DNA of 63,983 nt, the filler included, from Octopus bimaculoides (lineage: Eukaryota): assembly GCF_001194135.2 (NCBI RefSeq). It is 8 parts of 6 records of this genome, joined end to end, with 100 filler letters (N's around TTAATTAATTAA, not from the genome) between each part and the next. Parts side by side here need not be neighbours in the genome. Positions count along the whole stretch, not along the records: positions 1 to 13,934 come from NC_068997.1; 7 more parts are not named here. The stretch is one strand, 5' to 3'. The notes below the pieces were generated by a model. It was not told where the DNA came from, made no database searches, and saw only the letters and a program-made list of their open reading frames with translations. Made by a program: the position numbers and the translations under genes. The number at the start of each line of letters is the position of its first letter. Position 1 is the stretch's first letter. This document shows, in pieces, positions 1 to 12,621 of this stretch.

Positions 1-32
1 TATATATATATATCTGCGTGCGCGTGTGCATT

Positions 33-69
<37 letters not shown>

Positions 70-589
70 GTGTGTGTATTATATATGTATAGATATGTAT
101 GTCTGTATTATATATATGTATATGTAATATGTGTTCGTGTGTGTGTGTGTGTGTGTGTGTGTGTATTCATACATATGCAGATTTAAATATGTGACTATAA
201 TTTATATTGATTCCAGTGTTTACTGTTCAACTTACAAGAGTGCTCCAGTCATCAATGAGATGTTAATATTTGCAGAGTATTCATATTTGATTGCTTGTCT
301 CTGGCACTAATTATTGCACATGTACGCGTTAACACACGCCACACAAATAATACGCACACACACAGAGTAAATATATTAATGTCTGTCACGGAGTAGTACT
401 GGTGGTGGTGGTGGTGGTGGTGGTGGAGATATGATTAATGACTTTGGGAAGTTAAGAGTTTGGAAAATCTGACAAGGATGTAGTACAGTCGTTTGGATAT
501 TTGGTGTGATGTGATGTGGTGTGGTGTGATGTAATATTGAATGGTATAGAGATGTATGGGCTGATGTAGTGTGTGTGTGCGTGCGTGCG

Positions 590-632
<43 letters not shown>

Positions 633-884
633 GTGTGCGGTCTAGTGTTAGCTTATCTGGTTGATGTAGTAGTGTTTGATGTAGTCTGAGTGCGATGCGA
701 TGTAAGATGTGGTGTGATAATGTTTTGTGTTTGTGTGTGGAGCATTGTGTGTTTGTTTAGTTAATGCAGTATGGCGTGGAGTAGCGCATTGTGGTGTGAT
801 GTAGTATGGTGCTGGTAGTGTGGTGTATTGTGGTGTAATGTAGTTTTAATATAGTGTTGTGTAATGTGATTTAAAGAAAAAAAA

Positions 885-1210
885 ACTGGCATTCCGTCGG
901 TTATGAGGGCGAGTGTTCCAGTTGATCTGATCAACGGAACAGCCTGCCTGCTCGTGAAATTAACGTGAAAGTGGCCGAGTATTCCACAGATACGCGACCT
1001 TTGACGTAGTTCATGGGGTGACGTAGCGTTATGCAGAATGTGACAAGGCTGGCATTTTGAAATACAAGTACCACTCATTTTTTTCTGAGTGAATTGGAGC
1101 GACGAGAAATAAAGTTTCTTGCTCAAGGACACACTGCAGTGCCAGGAATCGATCTCATGACCTTACGATCTTGAGCCGAATACCCTAGCCATTAAGTAAC
1201 GCGCCTTCAC
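885..1210 (-). mobile_element. tRNA-derived SINE, family-B-type 3' half with a different central domain
   Basis: Minus strand has a tRNA-like head (GTGAAGGCGCG...GATCGATTCC), then GTGTCCTTGAGCAAG, and a 3' half shared with the copies at 29148 and 60392 (CCAGTTGATCTGATCAACGGAACAGCCTG). A second partial copy lies at about 1262-1440. Confidence 0.75.
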
Positions 1211-1982
1211 TGTATTATTAATATTGTGCTGTGTAGTGTGGTTGAAAGAAGACAAAAAAACTGGTACTCCGTTGATTACGACGACTAGTATTGCAGTTGA
1301 TCGGATCAACTGATCAGCATGCTCGTGAAATGAATGTGCAAGTGGCTGAACACTCCATACACACGCGTACCCTTAACGAAGTTCTCGGAGATTCAACGTG
1401 ACACATTAAATGTGACAAAGTTGACCCTTTGAAGTACATAAACGAGCTACAAATTGATGATCAATTTTAATTAATAAATATAAATGAAATATGCAATGCA
1501 GCTGGGTGTAAGACTGACATTGATGATAAGCAATAGAGTAGCAACTCCAGACATGCTACGACCGTATTAACCCCTAAACGGTGAGAAAATGAATGTGTGT
1601 ACCAAATGGGCGAAAAACAAAAACAGAAAAGCTCTCTTTTTTATGGGTAATTTTGTACTTATTTTCACTTTAAATGAGTACAAAAACTATAATAATTGTT
1701 AATCTCTCGCATAATAAAATTTGCACTGTCATTGTCGAAAAGTGCTGTAAAATATTTACTTTCCATTGCATCAGGCGTGAGCATAAATTCACTTGAGATT
1801 TTCGCATTGTTGTTTTCAAACAAGTGTACTGGGTGGGACAGAAATCAGGCAGAAAATAAGTTCGTGGCGCTCCGTAATTGTCAAAGACATGCTTTAATTT
1901 TTCTGTAATTGAATAAAATAAATGAAATAATGACGAATACACATGTATTTGTGTGTTATGAACAAAATGAATAATAATGATA

Positions 1983-2176
1983 GTAAAAGATGGGCTACAG
2001 CAATTATTCTGCTCAATACCACAAATTTGCTTGTCAGTCGCTTGACCTTAACCACTGAGCATGTCTCTTGGTGGCTGACAATATGTGCATCTCTGATCAC
2101 GAGCAGAAGTAGTTTGAAAGCATCATAGCCATATATGTTGAGAGGAAATGTTTGAAGTTTGAATAATTCACTTCTG
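1983..2176 (+). repeat. Dispersed repeat family E, probable non-LTR 3' region
   Basis: CTACAGCAA.TATTCTGCTCAATACCACAAATTTG...GAATAATTCAC recurs at about 50595-50790 (+) and 28135-28290 (-). Confidence 0.7.
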
Positions 2177-2853
2177 CCGTGTTTCATTGTTGGCTGCAAT
2201 CTTTTCACAAATTCTTGATCACAGTCTCCAGAACCACACTCGGTCACTGTCAGGAAATACAGCAAATCTGGACTCATCAGGAAATATGACAGCGTCCCAA
2301 AATGCTAGTAGCCTCTCCACCATCTCACTGGCCCAATCTTTTCTCTGCTTGATGTTGGCTGGTCAAAGTAGTGGCTTCCTTCTTGCTGCTCTGTCATAGT
2401 AACCAAGTTTGTGGAGATACCTGACAGCTGTTCCTTGGACTGACATCAACTTGTTCTGCTATGTCAGAGGCCTTGCAACGAGGATTATCCTCTACACTTC
2501 TCTTAACAAAGAGCGGGGTCAAGTCAGAAGGCCATGGTTGATCTGGGCGAGATGATGTAGACTCCTTCCCCTCTTTGGTAAATTGCACAATCACTCCATT
2601 AACTGTAGAAAGCGAGATCCCAAGGTTATCTGCGATTTTGCGCTGACTATGTCCACCTTCAGAATGACCCACAATACGGCCATTTTGAAATTCGGACAAT
2701 TCCAAGGATTCTTTTGTACATTGCGTGATTAAACAGTCACATATAGAACCTGAAACATTAAAAATGTCAATTAATAAAAAATATAAAACTTTACAAGTTA
2801 AAATAAACAAACGATGTTTTATGGGGTGTCTATTTACTTCTGTCACATCTGTG
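2177..2853 (-). mobile_element. Tc1-like DNA transposon remnant, transposase pseudogene
   Basis: HTH region [33 protein letters not shown], then RKPLL*, WDAVIFPDESRF and LQPTMKHG. One terminus reads TA|CACAGATGTGACAGAAGTAAATAGACACCCC (TA at 2854-2855). The other end is missing. Confidence 0.9.
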
Positions 2854-3429
2854 TAGATATACAGGTATTATTAAAGAAGAATAGAGAGTTGATAAGGATA
2901 TAAAATTAATTTATTAACAGACTGCCAAATAAAAGCCTATGGACGTTTAAATTCAGTCCAATATACACTTGTAAATTCAAAGACTGGAATCAATCCAAAG
3001 ATTAGAATAAAATAACATATTCAAAGATTGGAACACATATATACGCGTTAATAGGAGTATATATACAGATATAGAAATAATACATATTTTAATGGCTATC
3101 CTCTTCAAATTAAACTACACACTCACATACATAAACAAATCAATCTGATTCGATAAGCTTTTATAATAATAAATACTTAATTGATTACGTAAACCAATAG
3201 AAATTTACATAGATAACGGTTTTATTTTTTATTTTACTTTATATTATATATTTATCATAATTTGGTTTTTACTTTTATTTCTTACCCTTATACTATATTT
3301 TTATTTTTTAATATTATTTTTTTAAAATTATTAGCATATACATACACACAATAAATATATGTTTCTTAATCTTCTTAGTTTGTTAATAAAATAAAATCCA
3401 TCAACATGTAACTCTTTCTATTGTACTCT

Positions 3430-4034
3430 AGCCCTGATGAGATTCTACTCAATACAGGGTGTTTCAAAAGTCTTTGTCACGTTCTGAGAATTCTTAAGTC
3501 ATGAACTACAAATGGCAGCATAAGTGAACTGGTACCATTTAAGAGCTAAAATGTCAAGTTTTCTTCTGTTTAGTGAATTTTAATTTAATTAATTTAATTT
3601 AATTTTGTTTTTTGTCTCTTTTCAGATCCAGTAGTGTCATTCACAAACCAAGAGAAGTCATTTTGTGTCCTAGAATACGCTAAAACTGAATCATGGACAA
3701 GTTTTCAACGCAAATTTCGTACAAGGTTTATTAAGCAGACACTAAACAGATATTCCATTTTGAATATAAGGAGGAAGGGTGTTTTTTAACATAAAAAAAA
3801 CTTGACCTTCTTAGCTTTTAAATGGAACAAGTTCAATTATGGTACCAGTTCAATTTTAGCTTTTAAATGGTACCAGTTCATTTGTAGTTCATGGTATAAG
3901 AGTTCTTAGAAGGTGACATAGACTTTTGAAACACCCTGTATTATTCAAAAAGTTATTTTATCTTAATCCTTGGATTTATTCCAATCTTTAAATTTGCAAT
4001 TGTATATCGGACTGAATTGAAACGTGCGTAGGCT
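3430..4034 (+). ncRNA. Type I hammerhead ribozyme, split by a MITE insertion
   Basis: Stem I AGCC(3430)/GGCT(4031), CTGATGA(3434), stem II GATTC/GAATT, GAAA(4019), stem III AC-GTGC-GT, cleavage triplet GTA(4028-4030). Confidence 0.6.
3455..3938 (+). mobile_element. Non-autonomous Tc1/mariner element (MITE-like deletion derivative)
   Basis: TA target duplication (3453-3454, 3939-3940). About 90-bp TIRs beginning CAGGGTGTTTCAAAAGTC. Internal remnant SFTNQEKSFCVLEYAKTESWTSFQRKFRTRF resembles the N-terminal HTH (DUF4817-like) of mariner-superfamily transposases. Confidence 0.9.
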
Positions 4035-4219
4035 TTTATTTAGCAGTATGTTAATAAATTAATTTTATATCCTTACCAATTCTCTATTCTTCTTTAATGA
4101 TATTTATACTTATAACAATCCCATATATATCGAAGAGATATTCCTCATTAGTGTTGGTGATTAAATCAGTGAAATTTCGGATATAATAATCCCTTATGAG
4201 GATAAGATCTCCTCGCATG

Positions 4220-4257
<38 letters not shown>

Positions 4258-5236
4258 NNNNNNNNNNNNNNNNNNNNNNNNNNNNNNNNNNNNNNNNNNN
4301 NNNNNNNNNNNNNNNNNNNNNNNNNNNNNNNNNNNNNNNNNNNNNNNNNNNNNNNNNNNNNNNNNNNNNNNNNNNNNNNNNNNNNNNNNNNNNNNNNNNN
4401 NNNNNNNNNNNNNNNNNNNNNNNNNNNNNNNNNNNNNNNNNNNNNNNNNNNNNNNNNNNNNNNNNNNNNNNNNNNNNNNNNNNNNNNNNNNNNNNNNNNN
4501 NNNNNNNNNNNNNNNNNNNNNNNNNNNNNNNNNNNNNNNNNNNNNNNNNNNNNNNNNNNNNNNNNNNNNNNNNNNNNNNNNNNNNNNNNNNNNNNNNNNN
4601 NNNNNNNNNNNNNNNNNNNNNNNNNNNNNNNNNNNNNNNNNNNNNNNNNNNNNNNNNNNNNNNNNNNNNNNNNNNNNNNNNNNNNNNNNNNNNNNNNNNN
4701 NNNNNNNNNNNNNNNNNNNNNNNNNNNNNNNNNNNNNNNNNNNNNNNNNNNNNNNNNNNNNNNNNNNNNNNNNNNNNNNNNNNNNNNNNNNNNNNNNNNN
4801 NNNNNNNNNNNNNNNNNNNNNNNNNNNNNNNNNNNNNNNNNNNNNNNNNNNNNNNNNNNNNNNNNNNNNNNNNNNNNNNNNNNNNNNNNNNNNNNNNNNN
4901 NNNNNNNNNNNNNNNNNNNNNNNNNNNNNNNNNNNNNNNNNNNNNNNNNNNNNNNNNNNNNNNNNNNNNNNNNNNNNNNNNNNNNNNNNNNNNNNNNNNN
5001 NNNNNNNNNNNNNNNNNNNNNNNNNNNNNNNNNNNNNNNNNNNNNNNNNNNNNNNNNNNNNNNNNNNNNNNNNNNNNNNNNNNNNNNNNNNNNNNNNNNN
5101 NNNNNNNNNNNNNNNNNNNNNNNNNNNNNNNNNNNNNNNNNNNNNNNNNNNNNNNNNNNNNTATATATATATATATCCGTGTGTGAGTATATGTGTCTGT
5201 AATATATATATAGACACAAACACACGCAGATACGTT

Positions 5237-5279
<43 letters not shown>

Positions 5280-5866
5280 GTTATGCATATGTATCTTCAT
5301 TCACACACATACAATATATACATTCTGAATGAGGATAGATTAGTTGAATAAGCATAGGAATTGTGAGTAGGCGTTTGATTAGGGGATTTGGTGGGTGATT
5401 GAAGGTGGTTGTTTCTAATTATATTGTTTCGTTATATATATATACATATACCGACACAAACATATTCATTCATACACACATGCATAAATATATATTATCT
5501 CTGTACACACACACACATACACACAAAGCTCGTATAGCAATGACCTCACGCTGGGGTCAGCAATTAATCATTGAACTTAGGTCTCTGTTGTTTTATCACA
5601 CAATCCTTAACGTACGATACGGATGCTTGGTTACATACATTCATAATTATATATGTGCAGTGTGTGCATACATATAAATATATATGTGTGTGTATTTATA
5701 TATATATATCTTTATGAGTATGTATTCATATGCGTATATATGCAGTTATAAGTTCTTATGTGCATATGCATATATGCTTGACGCAAAATATTCTTTTATG
5801 ATGCAAATTGTACTGATTGTTTGCGGTTTGCAATGAATGATTGCTGGACAGTTAGACACATTTTCT

Positions 5867-5867
<1 letters not shown>

Positions 5868-5918
<51 letters not shown>

Positions 5919-5926
5919 TATAGATC

Positions 5927-5980
<54 letters not shown>

Positions 5981-5988
5981 CAGATAGA
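5868..5988 (+). repeat. (GATA)n microsatellite
   Basis: Direct reading. Other GATA runs lie at about 5238-5279, 20955-21020 and 62220-62290. Confidence 0.95.
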
Positions 5989-6997
5989 TGGATGGATTGT
6001 GAAGGAGAGATGGGGCGGATAGCTAAATGATTTCAGTCTATCGACTGCGGCTTTGAAGAGGCAGCGTGGATTCCAATGGATCATATGGACATCAATACAC
6101 GCACGCATACGCATATGCAACCACACATGCACACACACACACAAATACATGTATATATATGTGTGTGTGTATGTATGTACATGCATATACGCTTACGTCT
6201 ATGTTTGTGCGTACAAATGTGAGCGTGTCTATTTACATACCTATATTTGCATGTGTGTGTGAGTGTGTGTATGAATGTATATATGTATGTGTGTGTGTAA
6301 AGAGAGACGCTTTTACACACATACATACGTATATATATATATATATATATATATATATNNNNNNNNNNNNNNNNNNNNNNNNNNNNNNNNNNNNNNNNNN
6401 NNNNNNNNNNNNNNNNNNNNNNNNNNNNNNNNNNNNNNNNNNNNNNNNNNNNNNNNNNNNNNNNNNNNNNNNNNNNNNNNNNNNNNNNNNNNNNNNNNNN
6501 NNNNNNNNNNNNNNNNNNNNNNNNNNNNNNNNNNNNNNNNNNNNNNNNNNNNNNNNNNNNNNNNNNNNNNNNNATATACACGTGTGTGTATGTTTGTTTA
6601 TGAAAGTGTGTATCACATTAGATAATTTGACTGAATGATTGAAAGATTGATTACTAGAAAACGAGAAAGAGGGAAAAGAGATTTGGATAATATATTATTG
6701 TAGCCCCCCTCCGAGTTTAATTATTAATGATTGATTTTGAAGGCTGAGTACTTTCAAGTGTATATGTTTTACACAAAGAAAGATGATATTCGAGTATTGT
6801 CGGACGTTCAGCCGGTCTCGGTTGATTCCGGTGTATTAAAAACTACAGCGACGGTGGCGTGTATGAAAAGCTTTTAGTGCTCTCAATTCTTGTTATTTCA
6901 TTGCCTGTTTATGACTGCGACGTCAGGAACGTATATTCTGGATGAGCTAGTTGTTCCCGGTATACCCACAAAAAGTGGTTAATCTATCGTAAACATC

Positions 6998-7212
6998 GGT
7001 TTCAAACTTTAGCACAAGGCCAGCAGTTTCGGGCGGGGAGGAGGGGGGCGAAGTGAATTACATCAATCCCAGTGCTCAATTGGTACTTCTCTTATCGACC
7101 CCGAAAAGCTGAAAGACAACGTTGACCTCGCCGAATTTAAACCCAGAATGTTAAGACGGATGAAATATTACTAAGCATTTTACCCAAGGCGGTGGTAACG
7201 GCTCCACCAGCT
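6998..7212 (-). mobile_element. SINE family C, decayed
   Basis: CCCAGTGCTCAATTGGTACTT...ATCGACCCCGAAA...GACCTCGCCGAATTT core shared with many copies in the window. Confidence 0.75.
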
Positions 7213-7296
7213 CAGTAAAAGTCAATACGAAGAGTACTCCATCCAATATTACTAAACGTTTCTACTACATGTACTTATTATATATATATATATATA

Positions 7297-7359
<63 letters not shown>

Positions 7360-7360
<1 letters not shown>

Positions 7361-8481
7361 GATTTATAGACATAGAGAAGACCCTTGACAGGACTTCTTA
7401 CATGCTAAAATGGGAAGTTAATCCCAAACCACGAAGAAAGAATTCTAAAGCACGCTGTTAATGGTACTAGAGTGAACTCAAGAATATTACAGCCGAATAA
7501 AGAAAATATGGATCTCGGAACTCTCTGCATTCAATAAAACTGTGACCCACAATGTGTTTGCAATGCCAATACTCATACCAACATTTGGGCTGCTTGATTG
7601 GAGGTTAGATGAGATCCGAGCTATTGATGGGAAAAACTGGAATATACTAACCAGCACACATAATTTCCACATCATCAGTGACGTAGACAACCTCTACCTA
7701 AAATGAAAACAAGGGGCAGAGGCTTAACATCAATCCAAACTGCCCTTGAATGTTGTATCATATCTCTTTGGCAAAATCTTTTAACCACTAAGCGTCGAAG
7801 TGCATCCCTTGACCAAGTTTGCGCACATGTGGTTGAGAACATCATGTGACTTGGAAAGCAGCTCCTTGAGCCGCATTCCTTGTTTGATAACCTTAAATAC
7901 ATGTCCAAAGAAGTCGCACAACTCTACTGCAACGTATCATCAGATGAAAGCATGAGCGTATATCAGCAGAAGGCCATATATGGATATGTCAGTAGAAGGC
8001 TCCGAGATCAAAGTAGTCTCTCATGGACCAACAACCGGATTACTAACTCCCTCTTTGAAGGGTATGCGTTTGCAATTCAGTAACAAAAGACACAAACCAA
8101 ATACCTGCATATCTGGCCCTACAAAAGGGCTAGATATGCAGGAAAAGCAGTAAAATGTGATAACCAATGCAGACTTTGTGGAGTTAACATCGAAGAAAGA
8201 TATCACTCACATCATAAGCAGGTGTCCGAAAATGTCATCACAGTATTTCCTACTGATGAGACATGATGTTGTAGCTAGGATACTGTATAATAAGATCGGT
8301 GAGAAGGATAGCCCCAAGGCTAAAGAAATAAGAACCTACAGTATGGTAGAAGTCATAGCCACTCATAATAAAAATGAGTATTGGTGGAATGTCCCAGTAA
8401 AAACCTTAATAAAATGTAAACATATTAGACCTGACATTGTAATTTGGGATAGAGAAGAGAAACGGTGTAGAGCTGTGGAAA

Positions 8482-8483
<2 letters not shown>
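7360..8483 (+). mobile_element. R4/Dong-like (RLE) non-LTR retrotransposon fragment
   Basis: EYYSRIKKIWISELSAFNK..FAMPILIPTFGLLDW, DVDNLYL..GRGL, THIISRCP..RHD (CCHC region) and RPDIVIWDREEKRCRAVEI (PD-(D/E)xK nuclease). Stops and frameshifts are present; it ends at a (CA)n run. Confidence 0.85.
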
Positions 8484-8533
<50 letters not shown>

Positions 8534-8571
8534 NNNNNNNNNNNNNNNNNNNNNNNNNNNNNNNNNAATAG

Positions 8572-8611
<40 letters not shown>

Positions 8612-9531
8612 TTCAGTTAATTAGAGGCTATATTAACCTCTTAAAGCGATGATTATATCTAAGAAAACATTGGTTCTATACCTAATATTTTGGGGAAATA
8701 AAGTCAATAGGTATATATTAAGCATATAATCCGTATTTAATTAATAGAAGAAAACAAAATGGTGAGTTGAAAGTTAATAATTATTTACTAATAAATTGAT
8801 CATTCTTACTTCCTACAGCTGTTTCGATTTGTTCTCATTAAATAAATTACAAATTTATGCTTCAAATTTGCATTTATAAGATATGAGCAAAATATCATCA
8901 GGGAAAAAGATATACATTAAAAGATAGTCTTTATTATATGCAAATTAATCCGTTAACCCCCCACCCACCCACACACACACACACAAATAAAAATAAAATA
9001 ACTCCATATATTTAGTCTGCTGGTATGAACAAAGAGGTCAATATATAATCTTTTCCCTGATGATATTTTTGCTCATATATTACTAATGCAAATTTAAACC
9101 ATAAATTTGTCATTTATTTAAAGGAGCAGAAATGGAAACATCTGTAGGAAGTAAGAATTATCAATTTATTAATAAATAATTATCAACTTTCAGCGCTCCT
9201 TTTTTCTTTTCTTCTATTAATTGAATGCGGATTATATATATATAAATATTAATATTTCTAAATCTCTCTAAAGGAGACTACGGCAGCGGTACTGGATATT
9301 AATAGTTTTCGCCAAGCTAACATCCGCATGGATGTTGAACCAGCAAGGAGAAGCTGCTGACCTCCCCTGTTCGAAGGACACAGGTTTGTGTGTCACATAG
9401 CTAGCTAGAGGCGATGGCTTCTTGGAGCTAATCAACAGCAGCATTCGTCCTATTTTCCTGGACTGCCATGTTATCTTGGCGATAACTATTAATATATATA
9501 TATATATATAGAAAGAGACAGACAGGCAGAC

Positions 9532-9567
<36 letters not shown>

Positions 9568-10282
9568 TCTTCAGTTTTTTAGAGGTGATTCACTCAGAAT
9601 TGTTGTCTCATGTGGAGCCTCATAAAAATTTCTGTGAATATATGAACATTTGATTGTGTAAACATGTTTTTTAATTTGTAACTTTAAACACAGTTAGGCT
9701 TATACATACATACATACATACATATGGCAAGCTTCCGAGCAGTTTCTATTGGCAAAATTTCATTCATAACGTATTAGCTATACTTATATGGAGGTGAACG
9801 ATAATTACCTAAACAGCCGTCCACAGAACGGAATTGAAACCGGAAACGAGTGATTATGAGCCTTTCTTAACCACACAACCATGTTTATACCCATTCAATC
9901 AGTTTTATTTACCGAATGATTTCAGTAAAAGATTCCTTGCTTTTTTCTTTTTTTTTTTTTCTTTTTTTTCTCTCCTACGAATCTGAAAATGTGAAGTGAA
10001 CCAAATCTACGTAAAATGACTATTCTCAGATTCTTCTGTTTTCGGACACCGTAATTTGAAGCCAAATTTGGAACGAAGATTTCAAACGTGTAATAACAGT
10101 ATGTTCTATTTGGGGACGACTGAGCGATCTTAAATTGTAGCCAGTTGGTGTCTGACATGAAGCGAAACCTCGGATTGGTGGAGGGATGTTCCTCATGTAC
10201 TGTTGAGAAGGTTTTAGTAAATTTATTGTTATTGTGAGTAGTGTGGAGATTTTATATGTTTTATGCCGACCTTCTCACCGGT

Positions 10283-10470
10283 GATGATAATGATGATGAT
10301 GATGTTGATGATGATGATGAGGAGGAGGAGGATTATGATGATGATGATGATGATGACGACGATGACGATGATGGTATCGTTGCTGCCTAAAATGATAATG
10401 ATAATGTTGAGGCGGAGAATGATATTGATGATGGTGACGGTAATAGTGATAGTGATGATGATGATGATAT
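10283..10470 (+). repeat. Imperfect (GAT)n simple repeat
   Basis: Direct reading; explains the poly-Met ORF. Confidence 0.9.
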
Positions 10471-10750
10471 GTAACCTAGTGGTTAGGCTATTTAGACTTC
10501 TGATCGTAGGGTCATATGTTCAATTCTAGGACTGGACAGTATGTTGTGTCTTTGAGGAAGGCGCTTCACTTTATATTACTTCTGTTCACTCAGCTAAGAT
10601 TGAATTGCGTCTGCTACAGAGTGGTGTGTACCAAACTCTTAACCCAAACCTTGCAAATGCAAGATGTTCACGGCCTTAATGGCGACGGCAAACTGGATGA
10701 TTCGGTTACATACACACAACATCCTTGACTGCATTTAAAAGAAGGTTGCT
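10470..10750 (+). mobile_element. Old tRNA-derived SINE
   Basis: TAGTGGTTAGG A-box-like, GTTCAATTC B-box-like, and GTTGTGTCTTTGAG core resembling the 21245 copy. Confidence 0.5.
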
Positions 10751-10807
10751 TGAGTGATTGGTGTAGACTGTCCCTCACTATTCTCACACTCGGCCTCACT
10801 GGGCCTC

Positions 10808-11053
10808 TCTCTTTCTCTCTCCTCTCCCTCTCTCTCTTCTCCCTCTCTCTCTCTTCTCCCTCTCTCTCTCTCTCTTCTCCCTCTCTCTCTCTTCTCCCTC
10901 TATCTCTCCTCTCCCTCTCTCTCTCTTTTCTCCCCATCCTCCTCTCCCTCTCTCTCCTCGCCCTCGCTCTCCTCGCCCTCGCTCTCCCTCTCTCTCCTCT
11001 CCCTCTCTCTCCTNNNNNNNNNNCCTCCCCCGTCTCATCTCCCTCCCTCTCTC
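10808..11053 (+). repeat. (CT)-rich polypyrimidine repeat
   Basis: Direct reading; contains a 10-N gap. Confidence 0.95.
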
Positions 11054-12468
11054 TCCTCAGCGGCTCAGTGAATGATATGCTGAACCTCTACAGCATGTCA
11101 TCCACTGAGCCGCTTCCTTGTGATATAATCAGTCCATTAGCAGGAAAGTCAACATCGTACGTGAAGAATTCCACCCACTTCACAGAATTGATCAATGATA
11201 CCCCCATTGGATCCTGCCAGATGGCGAGTCTATATGTGATAAGTCTGTTCGACAAAGTCCAAACTGGTGAACCACTATCGGTGATTCAAGAAAAACTAGT
11301 GACAGACACTCATCTAAAAGAACACACTAGTATATCAATAAGAAACTTGATGGAATTGTTGACCTTCTGTGTAGAAACTACCTACTTCATTGTGGACAAT
11401 GATATATATTGACAGAAGAGGGTTTAGCTATGTGTTCACTATTATCACCGATAATAACCAATATATACATGGAATACTTTGAGAATTTGGCTTTAGGATC
11501 AATACCACTAAAACCAACCCTACGGCTGCGATATGTTGATGACACTTTTATACTCTGGCCTCCACCAGGAAGATGTCCAAGTGCTGTTAGATCATGTGAA
11601 CTCAATAAAGCCATCCATACAGTTCACAATGGAAAAGAAAAAAGAAAATAAGCTGGCATTGCTGGACATATTAATAACACGCACCAAGTATGGATTCAGG
11701 ACATCCGTAAAAGGCGCAAGCCGACCTTCATTGGACGATTACCTCAACTTCAATTCCCACCAACCATACAGTGTAAAGAGAGGGATTGCTCAGTGCCTAA
11801 AACATCGAGCAAAGAATATAAGTAGCGATCGTGATACACACCACGAAGAAATGATCAAGCTCAATAACAATCTATTAAGCAACAACTACCCCCAAAACAT
11901 ACTATCCACTCCAATTATGAAGAAAAAAGAGGATGAAACCAATAAACTGTCCACAGTCTGTGAAAGGCCTCTGTGTGAAAGGCCTCTCGGAAAAGATACA
12001 AAAGATATGCGGCCCATATGACATCAGGACAGTATTCAAGAGTAATACAACACTTCGTAAATATTTCCTTCGAGTAAAACCACCAATAGAAGAGAATATG
12101 ACCAAAGACTGCGTGTACTCCATCCCATGCAGCTGTGGTAGGATATACAAAGGCGAAACATGTCACCCCCTCAAAATAAGCGTAGAGGAACATCGCAAAG
12201 CTGTGACACGAGGATATATTGATAAATCGGATATAGCTGATCATGAATGGAAAAATGGAGACCACCTTCCCTTGTGGGATGAAGTTAAAATAATAGACAG
12301 AGAATACCACTGGAAAATATGAAAACTAAAAGAAGCAGCACATATGCTAGGACACAACAACCTCTTGAGCAGACCGAGTGCAGATATGAGTAGCATATGA
12401 GAAACGGTATTAAAGAAGGATAGGAAAATATTAGATTAAGCCCTAAAATTCACTCCATAATTGACCAC

Positions 12469-12540
12469 GGGCATATGGCGTAGTGGTTAAGAGCGCGGGC
12501 TACTAATCCCAAGATTCCGAATTCGATTCCAGGCAGTGAC
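12469..12540 (+). promoter_or_regulatory. tRNA-derived head (Pol III A/B boxes), not an intact tRNA
   Basis: A-box TGGCGTAGTGG, loop CTACTAA, B-box-like ATTCGATTCC with a first-position mismatch. Acceptor and T stems pair poorly. Confidence 0.7.
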
Positions 12541-12575
12541 CAGAATAATAATAATAATAAGAAGAAGAAGAAGAA

Positions 12576-12621
12576 GACACCTGATGACGGCTGGAGGGTA
12601 TATCAGCCGAAACGTTGTGTT
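12576..12621 (+). ncRNA. Minimal type I hammerhead ribozyme of PLE type
   Basis: GACAC-CTGATGA-C-GGCTG(gagggtatat)CAGCC-GAAA-CGT-T-GTGTT. Stem I GACAC/GTGTT, 5-bp stem II, palindromic ACGT stem III, GUU cleavage triplet. Confidence 0.75.

Larger units (their letters stand above)
2866..4102 (+). mobile_element. Penelope-like element remnant with inverted pseudo-LTRs, interrupted by a MITE
   Basis: 2866-3012 is the reverse complement of 3956-4102. A decayed ORF with an NGYP motif lies near 3085. A hammerhead core spans 3434-4030. Confidence 0.65.

Noticed and set aside
1567-1900. piggyBac-like terminus (TTAA-CCCC) and a Cys-containing minus-strand peptide
   Set aside because: No matching second terminus and no convincing motif; too weak to call.
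2930-2960. Second hammerhead in the inverted pseudo-LTR on the minus strand
   Set aside because: GAAA is mutated to TAAA and the CTGATGA half is absent.
4194-5300. Long ORFs of 300 aa or more here and at 45398-46481 and 61064-62234
   Set aside because: They are open only because N runs contain no stop codons.
10263-10529. Poly-Met ORF, and the poly-Asn/Asp/Ile/Leu ORFs at 48177-49515 and 50917-51177
   Set aside because: They are translations of trinucleotide microsatellites.
12469-12540. Functional tRNA (anticodon ACT), and likewise the SINE heads at 21245, 29537 and 60779
   Set aside because: Acceptor and T stems do not pair, and each head runs into repeat body or tail sequence.
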